Shown here piece by piece: positions 6,612 through 8,729 of a DNA stretch of 8,729 bases. The notes below the pieces were generated by a model, which had not been told where the DNA came from, did not search any database, and saw only the letters and a program-made list of their open reading frames with translations. The position numbers and the translations under genes were made by a program. Origin of the DNA: a virus (Duplodnaviria; Heunggongvirae; Uroviricota; Caudoviricetes). How positions within the stretch are numbered: position 1 is the stretch's first letter; each line of letters starts with the position of its first letter. The stretch is taken from the IMG/VR virus record IMGVR_UViG_2645727555_000021; one strand, 5' to 3'.

Positions 6612-7253
6612 ATGATTATATTGGTAGTCAGCCAAAAAGGTGGCTGTGGAAAATCAACCACAAGCGTAAACATCTGTGCGGAGCTTGCCCGCGCAAATAA
6701 GGATGTAGTGTTACTAGATGCAGACAAGCAAGGAACAGCTGCCCGCTGGGCAGCTGACCGTAACACGGCAGAGGTTTCTCCTGTTATTCATTGTGTCCAG
6801 AAGTTTGGTAATATTCGAGAAACACTTCTCGATCTGGATAAGCGTTATGAATTTGTTGTTGTTGATACAGCCGGGCGCGATAGCAAAGAGATGCGTACAG
6901 GCATAACCGCTGCAGATATTGTGTTGGTCCCATTCAGACCATCTCAACCAGATTTAGACACGCTGGCACACTTTGTTGAAGTGTTTGAAGAGGCTTTGGA
7001 CCTGATGCCTAATCCTAGCATTAAGGCGTTCGCAGTCTTAACAATGGCCCCATCCAATCCGGTTGTGAATGAAACCAATGAGGCCAAAGAGTACCTGGCT
7101 GAATATCCGCAACTGAAGTTGCTGAAAACCATCATTCGTGATCGTAAGGTTTACCGTGATTGCATGGCTGAAGGGAAGGGCGTTGTTGAGATGGACAACG
7201 GGAAAGCTAAAGGTGAAATCCAGATGTTGGTTAAGGAGTTATTAAGTGATTAA
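6612..7253 (+). CDS. parA: Type Ib partition ATPase, small ParA/ParF-like (213 aa)
   Basis: The N-terminus MIILVVSQKGGCGKSTT is the deviant Walker A (KGGxGKT/S) of ParA/MinD ATPases. The C-terminus (RKVYRDCMAEGKGVVEMDNGKAKGEIQMLVKELL) resembles ParF of TP228 from memory. GAGGAA lies 5 nt before the ATG at 6612; the tracked TTG start at 6582 is an unsupported extension. Confidence 0.85.
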   Translation: MIILVVSQKGGCGKSTTSVNICAELARANKDVVLLDADKQGTAARWAADRNTAEVSPVIHCVQKFGNIRETLLDLDKRYEFVVVDTAGRDSKEMRTGITAADIVLVPFRPSQPDLDTLAHFVEVFEEALDLMPNPSIKAFAVLTMAPSNPVVNETNEAKEYLAEYPQLKLLKTIIRDRKVYRDCMAEGKGVVEMDNGKAKGEIQMLVKELLSD

Positions 7254-7533
7254 GCCTCGTAAATCGGTAAAAGCCCCCGAAGTAAAAGACCCCGATCTTG
7301 AACGCCGAATTGAGGATTTTGCAAGTAAGGCTGATTTGGTGCCGGGTGAGCAACCAGAAGACAACAAAGTGCTCGATAAGGACGCTCCACGTGATTTTAA
7401 ATCTATTCGTGTTGGTTTCAATGAATACGAGTACCAGGTACTTGATGCGTTAAGTAAAAAGCATAATCGCAGCAAATTGAATATGATCCGCCATGCTATC
7501 CTCATGTTAGCGGAGTCTGAAGAAGCAAAATAA
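7246..7533 (+). CDS. ParG-like ribbon-helix-helix centromere-binding partner (95 aa)
   Basis: GTG start at 7246 with AAGGAG at 7233-7238, overlapping the parA stop by 8 nt. The C-terminus SIRVGFNEYEYQVLDALSKKHNRSKLNMIRHAILMLAE fits an RHH fold, and the N-terminus is charged and likely disordered, as in ParG. The only in-frame ATG is at codon 80. Confidence 0.6.
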   Translation: MIKPRKSVKAPEVKDPDLERRIEDFASKADLVPGEQPEDNKVLDKDAPRDFKSIRVGFNEYEYQVLDALSKKHNRSKLNMIRHAILMLAESEEAK

Positions 7534-7640
7534 AGTCTTTCAGGTTGGTTTTAGAACTTAAAAAGTCTTGAACCAAAGGTGCACCAATACACCACTAATT
7601 TGGTGTACCTTTACATCCTTTTTGGTTCCACTTGTGTACC
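7532..7640. repeat. Cluster of short repeats and a palindrome between parG-like and the glnS upstream region
   Basis: AAAGTCTT at 7532-7539 and 7562-7569; palindrome GGTGCACC at 7578-7585; GGTGTACC at 7602-7609 and TGTGTACC at 7633-7640; TGGTTCCA at 7623-7630, which echoes the ATCTGG(A/T)(A/T)CC motif upstream of parA. Confidence 0.3.
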
Positions 7641-7801
7641 ATTTTTCATTAATTTACTTATGCGCAAAAGTGGGCTTCATGAAAAAGCTCATTATTGAAA
7701 TAACGATAGAAAGCAATTTCTAATCAACTAGTGGTTGTCAGCCTATTCGGCTTATAAGATCATACGCTGTTATACGTTGTTTACGCTTTGAGGAATCCAC
7801 A

Positions 7802-8729
7802 ATGAGTGAGGCAGAAGCCCGCCCGACTAACTTTATTCGTCAGATCATCGATGAAGATCTGGCCAGTGGTAAGCACACCACAGTACATACCCGTTTCCCG
7901 CCGGAACCGAATGGCTATCTGCATATTGGTCATGCGAAATCTATCTGCCTGAACTTCGGGATCGCCCAGGACTATAAAGGCCAGTGCAACCTGCGTTTCG
8001 ACGACACTAACCCGGTAAAAGAAGATATCGAGTACGTCGAGTCGATTAAAAACGACGTTGAATGGTTAGGTTTTCACTGGTCTGGCAACATCCGTTACTC
8101 CTCCGATTATTTTGACAAACTCCATGCCTATGCTGTTGAACTGATCAACAAAGGACTGGCGTATGTTGACGAACTGACGCCGGAACAGATCCGCGAATAC
8201 CGCGGCACCCTGACGCAGCCGGGTAAAAACAGCCCGTACCGCGACCGCAGCGTTGAAGAGAACCTGGCGCTGTTCGAAAAAATGCGTGCCGGTGGTTTTG
8301 AAGAAGGTAAAGCCTGCCTGCGTGCGAAAATCGACATGGCTTCGCCGTTTATCGTGATGCGCGACCCGGTGCTGTACCGTATTAAGTTTGCTGAACACCA
8401 CCAGACTGGCAACAAGTGGTGCATCTACCCGATGTACGACTTCACCCACTGCATCAGCGATGCGCTGGAAGGTATTACGCACTCTCTGTGTACGCTTGAG
8501 TTCCAGGACAACCGTCGTCTGTATGACTGGGTACTGGACAACATCACCATTCCTGTTCATCCGCGCCAGTACGAATTCTCGCGCCTGAATCTGGAATACA
8601 CCGTGATGTCCAAGCGTAAGCTGAACCAGCTGGTAACCGACAAGCACGTTGAAGGCTGGGATGACCCGCGTATGCCGACCATTTCCGGTCTGCGTCGTCG
8701 TGGTTACACTGCTGCTTCTATTCGTGAGT
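7802..8729 (+). CDS. glnS: Glutaminyl-tRNA synthetase, N-terminal 309 codons (3' partial, continues beyond the window)
   Basis: The translation [53 protein letters not shown]... carries the class I HIGH motif (HIGH) and VMSKR (KMSK motif) and matches E. coli GlnRS from memory, with a few substitutions. GAGG lies about 8 nt before the ATG. The ORF track missed it because it runs off the window; the antisense ORFs 8066..8647 and 8128..8424 are shadows. Confidence 0.96.
   Translation, partial: MSEAEARPTNFIRQIIDEDLASGKHTTVHTRFPPEPNGYLHIGHAKSICLNFGIAQDYKGQCNLRFDDTNPVKEDIEYVESIKNDVEWLGFHWSGNIRYSSDYFDKLHAYAVELINKGLAYVDELTPEQIREYRGTLTQPGKNSPYRDRSVEENLALFEKMRAGGFEEGKACLRAKIDMASPFIVMRDPVLYRIKFAEHHQTGNKWCIYPMYDFTHCISDALEGITHSLCTLEFQDNRRLYDWVLDNITIPVHPRQYEFSRLNLEYTVMSKRKLNQLVTDKHVEGWDDPRMPTISGLRRRGYTAASIRE

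Noticed and set aside
7695-7760. glnS promoter assignment (candidate -35 TTGAAA at 7695-7700 or TTGTCA at 7735-7740)
   Set aside because: No -35/-10 pair with acceptable spacing could be fixed by eye, so it is left unannotated rather than guessed.
8066-8647. Minus-strand 193-aa ORF and ORFs 8128..8424 and 8388..8588
   Set aside because: They lie inside the glnS coding region in other frames or on the opposite strand. glnS identity is unambiguous.
1-8729. CRISPR array, tRNA/rRNA gene, integrase or transposase, IS inverted repeats
   Set aside because: No regularly spaced direct repeats with unique spacers, no tRNA-like cloverleaf candidates, and no ORF with recombinase or transposase features were found on either strand.

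Overview
The window is a plasmid- or phage-plasmid-like accessory segment (about 1-7600) that abuts the enterobacterial housekeeping gene glnS (7802 to the window end, 3' partial). The accessory part carries two tandem partition loci: a type II actin-like parM/parR pair preceded by 11-bp-phased ATTCTCAA iterons, and a type Ib small ParA/ParF-like ATPase with an RHH ParG-like partner flanked by ATCTGG(A/T)(A/T)CC repeats. Divergent from parM is a four-gene minus-strand operon: a PAAR-like protein, translationally coupled to a 268-aa Ala/Gly-rich protein, then an Rz-like membrane coiled-coil protein and an overlapping lipoprotein (spanin-like pair). Further left are a two-gene plus-strand cassette of unknown function (130 aa with an RHH-like C-terminus, 152 aa) and a divergent 565-aa protein I cannot assign. 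I found no integrase, transposase, CRISPR array, tRNA or rRNA. All family assignments rest on reading the translations against remembered family sequences and motifs; no searches or alignments were run.
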